Origin: an uncultured virus (IMG/VR IMGVR_UViG_3300035162_000505)
Lineage: Duplodnaviria > Heunggongvirae > Uroviricota > Caudoviricetes
Virus record (IMG/VR): IMGVR_UViG_3300035162_000505
Strand: one strand, 5' to 3'
DNA: 64,000 nucleotides
Shown one piece after another: positions 47,270 through 55,375 of the stretch. A program made the position numbers and the translations under genes. Every line of letters begins with the position of its first letter. Position 1 is the stretch's first letter. The notes beneath the pieces are model-generated. The model searched no databases. It was not told the DNA's origin and was given only the letters and a program-made list of their open reading frames with translations.

Positions 47270-47650
47270 TAGTGTCACTTTTCTGTTGCTAGGTAAGTGA
47301 CCAACCCCCTTTGTTAGGCCGCTATTGCGGTGTAACCAGATGGTGCAAAGTTATTGTTTGCGTTTAGTAGTTTGACTTATAACGAGGTCAATCGGTAAAC
47401 TCCACTTTCATCTTCACACCTGTCGATCCTATTTCATCCCCATCATAATGACACTTTTTTCCACAGTGAGTACAGTATAATTTTGTTGGCTTCCAGTCTT
47501 CCATAGTCGCAACTGACCACCACCCCTTACAATCAGTGCAAACTAAATGCCATATTATCTCTCTGTTTCGTTCCATAAATGTCCTTATGGTGGAGATGTC
47601 GGGTACCGCCCCCGAGTCCAGTATGTGTCCACGTTGCTTCAACGTTTACA
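47270..47650 (-). ncRNA. ssrA: circularly permuted (two-piece) tmRNA
   Basis: Acceptor piece ends TCGGG-GGCGGTA-CCCGA-CATCTCCACCA at 47588. Coding piece starts GGGGATG at 47441, giving the G3.U70 pair. Tag ORF 47314-47361 reads ANNNFAPSGYTAIAA*. Confidence 0.93.
47388..47576 (-). CDS. 62-aa zinc-ribbon protein starting in the tmRNA intervening segment
   Basis: AAGGA RBS, ATG at 47576, CTDC...CTHC. Confidence 0.65.
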   Translation of the reverse strand: MERNREIIWHLVCTDCKGWWSVATMEDWKPTKLYCTHCGKKCHYDGDEIGSTGVKMKVEFTD

Positions 47651-47656
47651 GATATA

Positions 47657-47685
47657 CTTATATCACAAAAGGGGAGTCTTGTCCA
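47657..47685 (-). promoter_or_regulatory. tmRNA promoter
   Basis: TGGACA-17nt-TATAAG with GACTC in the spacer. Confidence 0.55.
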
Positions 47686-47727
47686 CCCCCCTTTCGCTAA
47701 ATTTTATATTGTGGTAAATATATCACT

Positions 47728-48210
47728 CTAGAACTTTCCAAGATACCTTGCAATATTTCCAACAAATGGTAGCAGGGCTACAGCCATTAATAGGTTCATA
47801 CCCGTATGTGCTACAGCAATTCTTAAAGTATCACCTTTTGGCATACCATCAGATACTAATATTCCAGCCAACCAAATAGTTCCAGTTGTCCCAATGTTAG
47901 CACCAAGCACTGCCGCAATAGCCGCTGGTAATGGTACGGCTCCTGATGCAACTAATGCTATAATAGCAGTTGTTGATAATGAAGAAGACTGCCATAGCAG
48001 AGTCATCACTATACCGCCAACAAACATATAATATACGTTGCTGGTAAAATATGACAAGTGGTCCATGTTACCCATAGATTTCATGCCACCTGAGAATGTT
48101 TTCAAGCCAATGTAGAATATAACCAATCCTACAAGTGCTGTAATAACAGGGTTACCCATATCCATTTTTTTTACTTTCTTTGTTAGTTTCTGAATAGTAG
48201 TTTTTGCCAC
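47728..48210 (-). CDS. Na+/Pi cotransporter family protein (single repeat)
   Basis: LWQSSSLST, GANIGTT; hydrophobic. Confidence 0.85.
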   Translation of the reverse strand: MAKTTIQKLTKKVKKMDMGNPVITALVGLVIFYIGLKTFSGGMKSMGNMDHLSYFTSNVYYMFVGGIVMTLLWQSSSLSTTAIIALVASGAVPLPAAIAAVLGANIGTTGTIWLAGILVSDGMPKGDTLRIAVAHTGMNLLMAVALLPFVGNIARYLGKF

Positions 48211-48231
48211 GACTCATTTCTCCTAAAATGA

Positions 48232-49101
48232 TTAATAACTTTGGGCTAGACGCCACATTAAATATTCTTTACTCTCTATTGGTTCGTATTTATCCTTTGC
48301 TTCTATTAGGTTGCTTACTATAGTTCCGGGGGTTGGATCTACAAAGTGTGGCATAGAATATCTGTTTAGATGCATATGACTATTCACCACTCTATGCTTT
48401 GTGCTTTTAAAATAATCGTTGGTCCAACGTTGTAGTAAATCACCTATATTAACAACAACACCATTGTCAGCATAAGGGACTGGATGCCAAGCACCACCAA
48501 GATCTTGAACTTGTAACCCCGGAACGTCATTAATCTGCCAAAGAAGCGTGATAGTTCCATAGTCGCTATGCTCTCCGATTCTTAATTGTCGCTCTTCAAA
48601 TTCCTCTTCTAATTCAAAAACTGATGGATAATGAATAACTCTGGTAGTGTTGTATGGTTTTATATGTGCATCGACAAGAGTATTGCCAGTGCCAAGTATA
48701 TCGTCAAACTTTCTTAAAATACGTAATGTCAATTTATCAGCAATGTCTATACTCTGAAGAGCACTTGCTTTAAAGTTTGGAAGATCTTTAGGCCAAAGGT
48801 GATCACCCATCCTAGTATTATTATAGTTAAAGCTTTCTTTTAAATCTTTAGGTGCAGTAGGATCTACATTCTCATCACCCACGACACTATACCCCAAGTT
48901 GGTATCACCTTCATAGGGGTATTTCATTTTTGTCTCTAGGTCCAAGTCAAAGAATAGTTTCATTTCATCAAACCAGCAACTCATGTCACTCTGTTCGTTT
49001 GAACTCAAACAATTCGTAAAGACCGCAAAGCCCACTGTTGTGTAGGCTCTGCGTATCTGACCGAATGCGTCTCTTGCTTTCAAGTCTATTACTGGTATCA
49101 T
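48232..49101 (-). CDS. isopenicillin N synthase-family 2OG-Fe(II) dioxygenase
   Basis: IPVIDL, DLKESF, HSDYGTITLL, GLQV, NIGDLLQRWTND..KSTKHRV, RYSMP. Confidence 0.9.
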   Translation of the reverse strand: MIPVIDLKARDAFGQIRRAYTTVGFAVFTNCLSSNEQSDMSCWFDEMKLFFDLDLETKMKYPYEGDTNLGYSVVGDENVDPTAPKDLKESFNYNNTRMGDHLWPKDLPNFKASALQSIDIADKLTLRILRKFDDILGTGNTLVDAHIKPYNTTRVIHYPSVFELEEEFEERQLRIGEHSDYGTITLLWQINDVPGLQVQDLGGAWHPVPYADNGVVVNIGDLLQRWTNDYFKSTKHRVVNSHMHLNRYSMPHFVDPTPGTIVSNLIEAKDKYEPIESKEYLMWRLAQSY

Positions 49102-50168
49102 GACGGTGGTGTAGCCGTAATGCCTTCGACATAGAAGTCCATTGTGTCAAGTTGCATACGTGTTGCGACTTCACCAACTTCTAAGAATACTGAACCATCT
49201 TGCTTATTGATTGGTCCCGTAAATCCATGTAACGTTCCAGCCGAAATAGCATCCTTTACTATCTGTGCTTCTAATGCTACATTTGCTGGCATATTAGTAA
49301 ACGGTGCCATTTGAACAGCACCCGTATTCATGTGACCAAAGTAATCACCTGTCTTCCATGTGCCATCTAATACTTGACCAACTTTGTCAATATAGTATGG
49401 ACCCCAATTATCAATAGTAGCAGTCAACTGTGCTTTAGGAGCAAACTTAAGTTGATCTGATGCCTGACCAAAACCAACCTTACCAGCCTTTTCAGCGGCA
49501 ATCAGTGGTGCTGGTGAGTCTGTATGCTGTGCTACAACATCACAACCTTGTTCCATCATAGATTTAGCGGCATCACCTTCTTTGGCTGGATCATACCAAG
49601 TATAAACCCACACGATACTTAACTCTACATCAGGGTTCATCTTCTTTGCGCCCAAGTAATATGTGTTAATTTCACGCATAACTTCTGGGATTGGGAAAGA
49701 AGCAACGTAACAAATCTTATTTGTTTTTGTCATCAACCCAGCAATGATACCTTGAACGTGGCGTGATTGATATAACTTCAATCCATAGTTCGCCGCATTC
49801 TCAGACTGCTTGTATCCAGTAGCGTGTTCAAACTTTACGTTAGGAAACTTTTTAGCCACTGATAGAACTGAGTCCATGTAGCCAAAAGAGGTTGCAAAGA
49901 TAATGTCTGCACCTTTAAGAGCCATAGCAGTCATTACACGTTCTGAGTCTGGACCTTCTGGTACGCTCTCAACAAAGACTGTTTCAACTCTGTCTCCATA
50001 AGCTTCTTCAACTTGCTGGCGTCCAATGTCGTGACGGTATGTCCAGCCATGATCTCCTGTGGGTCCAACGTATATAAAGCCAACTTTAACTTTATCCTTT
50101 GCTACTGATGAAGTAGTAAGACCTACCATCAGTAATAGTGCAGTTAGCACTGTTGTAAATAGTTTCAA
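49098..50168 (-). CDS. BMP-family ABC transporter substrate-binding protein (nucleoside/purine type)
   Basis: KVGFIYVGP.GDHGW, TSFGY, FEHATG, IPEV, WYDP, QHTDSPAP, NWGPYY. Confidence 0.9.
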   Translation of the reverse strand: MKLFTTVLTALLLMVGLTTSSVAKDKVKVGFIYVGPTGDHGWTYRHDIGRQQVEEAYGDRVETVFVESVPEGPDSERVMTAMALKGADIIFATSFGYMDSVLSVAKKFPNVKFEHATGYKQSENAANYGLKLYQSRHVQGIIAGLMTKTNKICYVASFPIPEVMREINTYYLGAKKMNPDVELSIVWVYTWYDPAKEGDAAKSMMEQGCDVVAQHTDSPAPLIAAEKAGKVGFGQASDQLKFAPKAQLTATIDNWGPYYIDKVGQVLDGTWKTGDYFGHMNTGAVQMAPFTNMPANVALEAQIVKDAISAGTLHGFTGPINKQDGSVFLEVGEVATRMQLDTMDFYVEGITATPPS

Positions 50169-50410
50169 TTTGTATTCCTTTTCGAGGGTGTTAAGGCAGG
50201 GTCGACTCTGCCGTTTGAGGTTTCTTTTTTGGCGTAGGCTTCCTTGAAGCCTTCTTCATGGACATAGTTTTCAATATTGCCCCATGCTCTTCTTAAATAA
50301 CTATCGTGTGATGATAGTATTTGTTCTTCTGTAGTATCTAGGTGACCTTTGGTTATCCAATATAACCAGTGTGCTCTACGGTGGTTTTCCGCATCCCATT
50401 CTACACTCAT
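50165..50410 (-). CDS. hypothetical protein
   Basis: ORF abutting the BMP gene. Confidence 0.45.
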   Translation of the reverse strand: MSVEWDAENHRRAHWLYWITKGHLDTTEEQILSSHDSYLRRAWGNIENYVHEEGFKEAYAKKETSNGRVDPALTPSKRNTN

Positions 50411-50537
50411 TTTGTTTTTCTTCTTATTTTTTTAAAAGTATTCTGAATACTATATATCACAGATTTTTGAGAGGTTATAATTATTACCATACCATCATCT
50501 CCATAAAGAATATATTTTCTATTCTCTTTTAAGAGTT

Positions 50538-50720
50538 TCACTTCCTAACTTCTTTTCTCGAAGTTCTTTTACCATAACCTAATCTCTTCATTACTTTCTG
50601 TCTTTCATAATAAGACATTTTAGACCATTTAGAAATTTCTTTTCCTGTTCTTCCACACCCTATACAAACCTCAGAAAAAGGATCTATTCTACATATCTGT
50701 ACGCATGGTGTTATATACAT
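50538..50720 (-). CDS. DUF1289 family (predicted Fe-S) protein
   Basis: TPCVQIC...CIGCGRT..EI..W. Confidence 0.85.
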   Translation of the reverse strand: MYITPCVQICRIDPFSEVCIGCGRTGKEISKWSKMSYYERQKVMKRLGYGKRTSRKEVRK

Positions 50721-50926
50721 TAGAAGGGTGGTTGTTCATAATCAAATGTTGGTTTCCACGAATTAGACACACCAGTGCGTAATGCACGTGCGTATTCTGT
50801 TTCTTCTATGGGCCAAACAATATCTGGTTTTGCTGGCATATGTTCTATTGGCATAACACCATTCTTTAACATCCAACACTCTAGTTCAATCGGTATCTCT
50901 TTTATCATCATCGTCCCAAACTCCAT
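50720..50926 (-). CDS. hypothetical protein
   Basis: ORF; C-terminal WKP...EQPPF. Confidence 0.45.
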   Translation of the reverse strand: MEFGTMMIKEIPIELECWMLKNGVMPIEHMPAKPDIVWPIEETEYARALRTGVSNSWKPTFDYEQPPF

Positions 50927-51410
50927 CCCATGTATAAAATAGATGATTTCCTATAACTTTCGATAAGGTCATTTCTTTTGCCCAATAAGGATTCTTAATC
51001 CAGTTGGCATGATAGAATACTGCACCTTTTGTAGGGTCTACTACATTACCTATCAACACGTCTCTTGCTATAACTTGTGCTCTTTTCCAAGCCTTTGTTT
51101 CTTTGGGGGATTGATTTTTTATGAGGTGCGTCCAACTAAACTGTTTTGGCTGATAAACTACTTCGCATATAGTAGAAGGCCACTGAGTATGTTTCACTCG
51201 ATTTATTGTGGTAAAGGCTACTGCGATTTGACCTTCCGCTCTCTCGCCACGACTCTCATGATAAATATTCATGGATAGACATTCATGGTCTTTTGAAACT
51301 AACTCAGGTGGAGCCATCATAGCCGCACCAACTAACGCCATACCTACTATACCCATTGTTATACCACCACTCGCTATATGTATTCCATTTTTTTTGATAA
51401 ATTTATACAC
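50886..51410 (-). CDS. SleB-like cell wall hydrolase (Hydrolase_2)
   Basis: CLSMNIYHESRGE, NRV, QFSW, GAVFYHA, IGNHLFY. Confidence 0.9.
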   Translation of the reverse strand: MYKFIKKNGIHIASGGITMGIVGMALVGAAMMAPPELVSKDHECLSMNIYHESRGERAEGQIAVAFTTINRVKHTQWPSTICEVVYQPKQFSWTHLIKNQSPKETKAWKRAQVIARDVLIGNVVDPTKGAVFYHANWIKNPYWAKEMTLSKVIGNHLFYTWDGVWDDDDKRDTD

Positions 51411-51476
51411 GAATCATTCCTTAATGTTCTATACAAATATACCCCACATTTATCATGATGTCAAGAGCCTTTTTTT

Positions 51477-51484
51477 TATAAATA
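51477..51484 (+). promoter_or_regulatory. T4-type late promoter
   Basis: TATAAATA upstream of 51510. Confidence 0.75.
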
Positions 51485-51509
51485 CTTGTAAATATATAGG
51501 GTTATTGAG

Positions 51510-51941
51510 ATGTCTGATGATGATAATAAAAATTCGTTTGGAGTAGAAATGTCAACTAAAGAATCTAAAAATAAAGGGGGAAGCCTCACGCTTCAACCAG
51601 AAAGTATTTTCGCTCATTTAGATGCAGATGGTGATGGGATTATCACTGATGAAGAAATGGCACGTGCCAAAGAAATAGCAGAGTTTGAACACACTAAGAA
51701 ACGTCATGAAAATGAAGATGCTAAAGAGGATCAGATCAGAGCCATGGCATGGTTTGCGCTCTGGGGAATGCTTCTATACCCCGGACTAATAATGATCACA
51801 TCTCTTTTAAAGATGGAAGGTGCCGCAAAAATAATAGGAGACATTGCTCCTACCTACTTTGTCGCTATTGCTGGTTTGGTGGCGGCGTTCTTTGGAGCAC
51901 AAGCTTACTCTAAAGGTAAAAATGATACTCCAAAAAAATAA
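51510..51941 (+). CDS. EF-hand-containing two-TM membrane protein (holin-like)
   Basis: DADGDGIITDEE; two hydrophobic segments. Confidence 0.6.
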   Translation: MSDDDNKNSFGVEMSTKESKNKGGSLTLQPESIFAHLDADGDGIITDEEMARAKEIAEFEHTKKRHENEDAKEDQIRAMAWFALWGMLLYPGLIMITSLLKMEGAAKIIGDIAPTYFVAIAGLVAAFFGAQAYSKGKNDTPKK

Positions 51942-52175
51942 CTAGGTTCCTAAGATCCTACGAATAGCAATAGGATCATCTGAATATAGATTGCCACCAT
52001 TGTTGATATGCTCAACGATTTGTTCAAAGTAAAACTGTGCGTCACTATCTTCATCAACAACACTTGCGGCTGTGCGGAAGAAGTTGCGTAGTTTCATATC
52101 TGTGTTGCCATCGGGCATAGCCGCTGGTTTCCACTTACCTGATCTTTGATTGCTCATTGCATCAACCTCAACCAT
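51942..52175 (-). CDS. hypothetical protein
   Basis: ORF only. Confidence 0.45.
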   Translation of the reverse strand: MVEVDAMSNQRSGKWKPAAMPDGNTDMKLRNFFRTAASVVDEDSDAQFYFEQIVEHINNGGNLYSDDPIAIRRILGT

Positions 52176-52249
52176 TCATTTATTTCTTTTGCTCTCTTTA
52201 TCCGCAAGTTATATAATGCTTCAGCCATTCCTACACTCCTACTTCTCAT

Positions 52250-52453
52250 TTACTGCAACCTAACTCTAACAACAGTATTAGTACTATTGTCTGTCAAAGT
52301 ATCAACTGTTCTATTAACATTCCTAGCCAAAGACCAGCACTCCCACCAAGACTCTGCTTCAGCCCAAGTATCAACAGTCATACCATTAGTGTGCAGTTCT
52401 GTTGTACTTTCCCAAGTATACTCACTTTGTGTTGAATTTAATGTCCATGACAT
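52250..52453 (-). CDS. hypothetical early protein
   Basis: AAGGAG-TGATTCG-T-ATG behind the promoter 52455-52507. Confidence 0.55.
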   Translation of the reverse strand: MSWTLNSTQSEYTWESTTELHTNGMTVDTWAEAESWWECWSLARNVNRTVDTLTDNSTNTVVRVRLQ

Positions 52454-52559
52454 ACGAATCACTCCTTGTTATTCTTATAGATTAGCACAAGTTTATCTTC
52501 ATGTCAAGAGAAAAAAGGAGAGACCATTTCTGATCCCCCCTTTTAAATTTAGTAGCCTA

Positions 52560-53681
52560 TCAATACTTGTTAATAGGAATAAGCTTATTGCCTTTTATAT
52601 CATGTTTTCCAATGATCTGAGGAACAGCCCCTTTTATAACATACCAGTCTGGTGGTATTTCTGAGGGCGGTACTTTCATTATTGCTTCATACATACGCAT
52701 AATAATCTTATCAAGCCGCCCTTGAAACCCTTTAATGGCTTTAGTAGCATCACCAGAATTATCACTCGTTGTAAACAAAATAATCTCAACAGGATCGTTA
52801 TAATGCTGATTACACATATTAGGTAATATATCCCTTGTAAGACAACGTGCTGGATCATCGGGATAGTCTGCACATACAATCACACGTTTTGCCGCTGTCA
52901 GTTTAATATTAAACTGGTCCGAACAGATTTTTTGCCATGTTTCTCTACTGTGTGTTCTGGTCTGCAAAATATCATTATTATTTTGCATATCTACTTTTTT
53001 CCAGCATTCGTTAATAATTCTCTGAAGCATTCCACCCCTATCAGAAAACACTTTTGGCGCAACAGATACATCTTTAACATAATCACTGATGGCCCGTTGG
53101 GTAGGTTTAAGATCTTTGCTTAATATAAGATCCATCACTTCGTTAACAAAAGTATTTTTGTTCTGTATAGTATGTGGGGGCATTACATTCGCCGCATTAT
53201 AGTATGCTTTTCTTTGTAGAGCGGTTACACCTTCACACCACTCATAAATACCGCAACCAATCCATCTAGTACCTTCAACTGTTTTCTCATCATGGTAAAT
53301 TTTTGCGGAAGCTTCTATACGAATCCTGCCGTTGATTATGTTTTCAGTGCCTATCTCAAGTGCTGGTAAAGGTATTTTATTATTATAATCATATCCGCTA
53401 AGACACAGACTATTCACCATTTCATCAACTTCTTTTTCAGCTTTATCACGCTGTTTCGTGCCTTCTTGTGAAAACTTTTCTGAATCAGGCTTTATGGTTT
53501 TAAGGTCCAACCATTCGTTTCCTAACCATTTGGCAATGACTTTTCCATTTAATGTTAGGTCGTTCTGTTCATGGACTTTGTTTGAGAGATTAATTTCTTT
53601 GCTCTCTGCAGTTTCTATGCAGTATATTTCTCTGATCTTTTTTGTTCTATTTTGTTCTAAGTCTATTATATTTTCAGTCAT
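52560..53681 (-). CDS. hypothetical protein, weak ParB/Srx-like N-terminal motif
   Basis: IINGRIR; promoter at 53766-53794. Confidence 0.45.
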   Translation of the reverse strand: MTENIIDLEQNRTKKIREIYCIETAESKEINLSNKVHEQNDLTLNGKVIAKWLGNEWLDLKTIKPDSEKFSQEGTKQRDKAEKEVDEMVNSLCLSGYDYNNKIPLPALEIGTENIINGRIRIEASAKIYHDEKTVEGTRWIGCGIYEWCEGVTALQRKAYYNAANVMPPHTIQNKNTFVNEVMDLILSKDLKPTQRAISDYVKDVSVAPKVFSDRGGMLQRIINECWKKVDMQNNNDILQTRTHSRETWQKICSDQFNIKLTAAKRVIVCADYPDDPARCLTRDILPNMCNQHYNDPVEIILFTTSDNSGDATKAIKGFQGRLDKIIMRMYEAIMKVPPSEIPPDWYVIKGAVPQIIGKHDIKGNKLIPINKY

Positions 53682-53793
53682 ATCATTTTCTTTCCGTTAA
53701 TTGCCTAGTTGCTTTAACTAAAGAGAGAAGGTTTAGAATCATTCTGTTATCTCTCTTATATGACTATTATATCATAATATACCTTTTAAGTCA

Positions 53794-53945
53794 ACATCAT
53801 CTTTTATGATGTATACTGTTTACTGCTACACACCTATCAACGCTTCCTCTCTCACCTAGCCTTATTGACATTGCTAGTTACGTTTGGTTGCTCCTTGTGT
53901 GTAGTAGTAAACAGTCCTTATAACGAATCACTCTTTGTTACTCTT
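53794..53945 (-). ncRNA. candidate early-expressed small RNA with a 19-bp closing stem
   Basis: Inverted repeat 53815-53833/53897-53915, inner helices, 3' hairpin 53794-53812; promoter 53950-53976; leader lacks RBS and ATG. Confidence 0.6.
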
Positions 53946-53987
53946 ATAGATTAGCACAAGTTTATCTTCAAGTCAAGTGCCTTTTTT

Positions 53988-53995
53988 TATAAATA
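53988..53995 (+). promoter_or_regulatory. T4-type late promoter
   Basis: TATAAATA upstream of 54018. Confidence 0.75.
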
Positions 53996-54017
53996 GTAGT
54001 AATAAAAGGAATAATAA

Positions 54018-54494
54018 ATGATAGATCCATTTACAGCTATCGGTTTAGCCACTTCAGCATTTAAAGGAATCAAATCTGCTATAGATGCTGGGAAAGATCT
54101 GCAAGATATGACTTCCCAACTTGGACAGTGGGGAAAAGCTATAAGTGATTTAGATTTCTCACATAAAAAAGCAGAGAAGCCACCTTGGTGGAAAAAGATG
54201 GGTGGTGGCGTGGAGGCCAATGCCCTTGAAGTGTTCATGCATAAGAAAAAGGCAGACGATATGCGTGAAGAACTCCGGGAATATATATCGCTATATTACG
54301 GACCATCGGCTTGGCGTGAAATCGTGCATACTGAAAAAGAGATGAGGAAGCACCAAAAAGCCACAGTACAAGCCGCTATAGAAAGAAGAGAAGCAATGAT
54401 TAACGCTATAATCATTGGGGCTATAGTTCTGACTGCGATAGGTATGGCATCAGGCGGTATCTGGTATGTCGGATCAGTTAACGGGAAGTGGTAG
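54018..54494 (+). CDS. conserved hypothetical membrane protein
   Basis: MIDPFTAI; C-terminal TM; AAGGA RBS. Confidence 0.65.
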   Translation: MIDPFTAIGLATSAFKGIKSAIDAGKDLQDMTSQLGQWGKAISDLDFSHKKAEKPPWWKKMGGGVEANALEVFMHKKKADDMREELREYISLYYGPSAWREIVHTEKEMRKHQKATVQAAIERREAMINAIIIGAIVLTAIGMASGGIWYVGSVNGKW

Positions 54495-54753
54495 GACGTT
54501 TCGGAGTCATTACTTTTGTCCTATCAGTTCTCTTGTCTATCACATAAGAACCTTCTGGTAACTGCCATGCTTTCATTAAAGCAAGATACATCTCTGAAGT
54601 TAACGTGACAATCTCCCAATAGTTTATACTTTGGTTCCATTGTCTTATGTGGCAGTAATCATCATAGAGTAAGATGTTAACGTCTTCAAGTTCACCTGTG
54701 TTATCTAACAAGGTGATACAAGTCTCATCATCATCAAACTCTATGGTGAACAT
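54478..54753 (-). CDS. conserved hypothetical protein
   Basis: MFTIEFD...IRQW...LPEG. Confidence 0.55.
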   Translation of the reverse strand: MFTIEFDDDETCITLLDNTGELEDVNILLYDDYCHIRQWNQSINYWEIVTLTSEMYLALMKAWQLPEGSYVIDKRTDRTKVMTPKRPTTSR

Positions 54754-55325
54754 TAAGACCTTGCCTCTTCTATAATCTTTCTTTGAGCGGCTAGTTTTGC
54801 TGTTTTATAATCCAACTGGATTGCTGGTGTTTCTTCAACATCACTAGGTTTAAATAAGAATGTAAGATCATCAAAGGGTATATGTGCTTCAATACCATCT
54901 GGCACTCCGACTAGCCAAGGTTGTACCTCTTTAAAGGATATAATAGCAATCGAGTCTTGCTGGCCTATCATATAAAAGTCGGCTGGATTAGATATCTCAA
55001 CACCCTTATTTTTACCAAGACTGTTCTTTAGTTTAACTTTAACTATATTCTTAGGTTGCTTACCTATCTTAGTAAACATACCATCAGCAACATATTTAAA
55101 TTCTAAATCAAAGCCAGTGTTTAAATCAGTATGATCCCTGCCTACCAAATCAACATACTTTAATCTATTATCCGAATAGACTTCTATACTTTGTTCAATG
55201 ATATCACTTTTATCAAATCTGTCTTTAGGCGAATTTAGTTGTGTGCCTAAGTTAAACACTAGACTTGAATAGTCTTTAAAATTAATTGCAGAACGTAGAT
55301 CGTTAGCATATTCTTTAGTATTCAT
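54753..55325 (-). CDS. hypothetical early protein, possible PD-(D/E)xK nuclease
   Basis: GRDH...LEFK; AAGGAG-TGATTCG-T-ATG. Confidence 0.4.
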   Translation of the reverse strand: MNTKEYANDLRSAINFKDYSSLVFNLGTQLNSPKDRFDKSDIIEQSIEVYSDNRLKYVDLVGRDHTDLNTGFDLEFKYVADGMFTKIGKQPKNIVKVKLKNSLGKNKGVEISNPADFYMIGQQDSIAIISFKEVQPWLVGVPDGIEAHIPFDDLTFLFKPSDVEETPAIQLDYKTAKLAAQRKIIEEARS

Positions 55326-55375
55326 ACGAATCACTCCTTCTTATACTTACAGACTAACATATGTTTATCTTTAAG

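Noticed and set aside
47588..47620. Stand-alone tRNA or attP half-site
   Set aside because: The T-arm/acceptor half pairs with GGGGATG at 47441 and a tag ORF follows, which identifies a permuted tmRNA
47577..47642. N-terminal 22 aa of the listed 84-aa ORF 47388..47642
   Set aside because: It runs through the tmRNA acceptor piece; the RBS-supported start is the ATG at 47576
50195..50212. Purine riboswitch upstream of the BMP gene
   Set aside because: Single GGCAG/CTGCC hairpin inside the upstream ORF tail, with no recognisable aptamer
52511..52545. Novel RNA element
   Set aside because: Imperfect hairpin flanked by A/T runs, best explained as an intrinsic terminator
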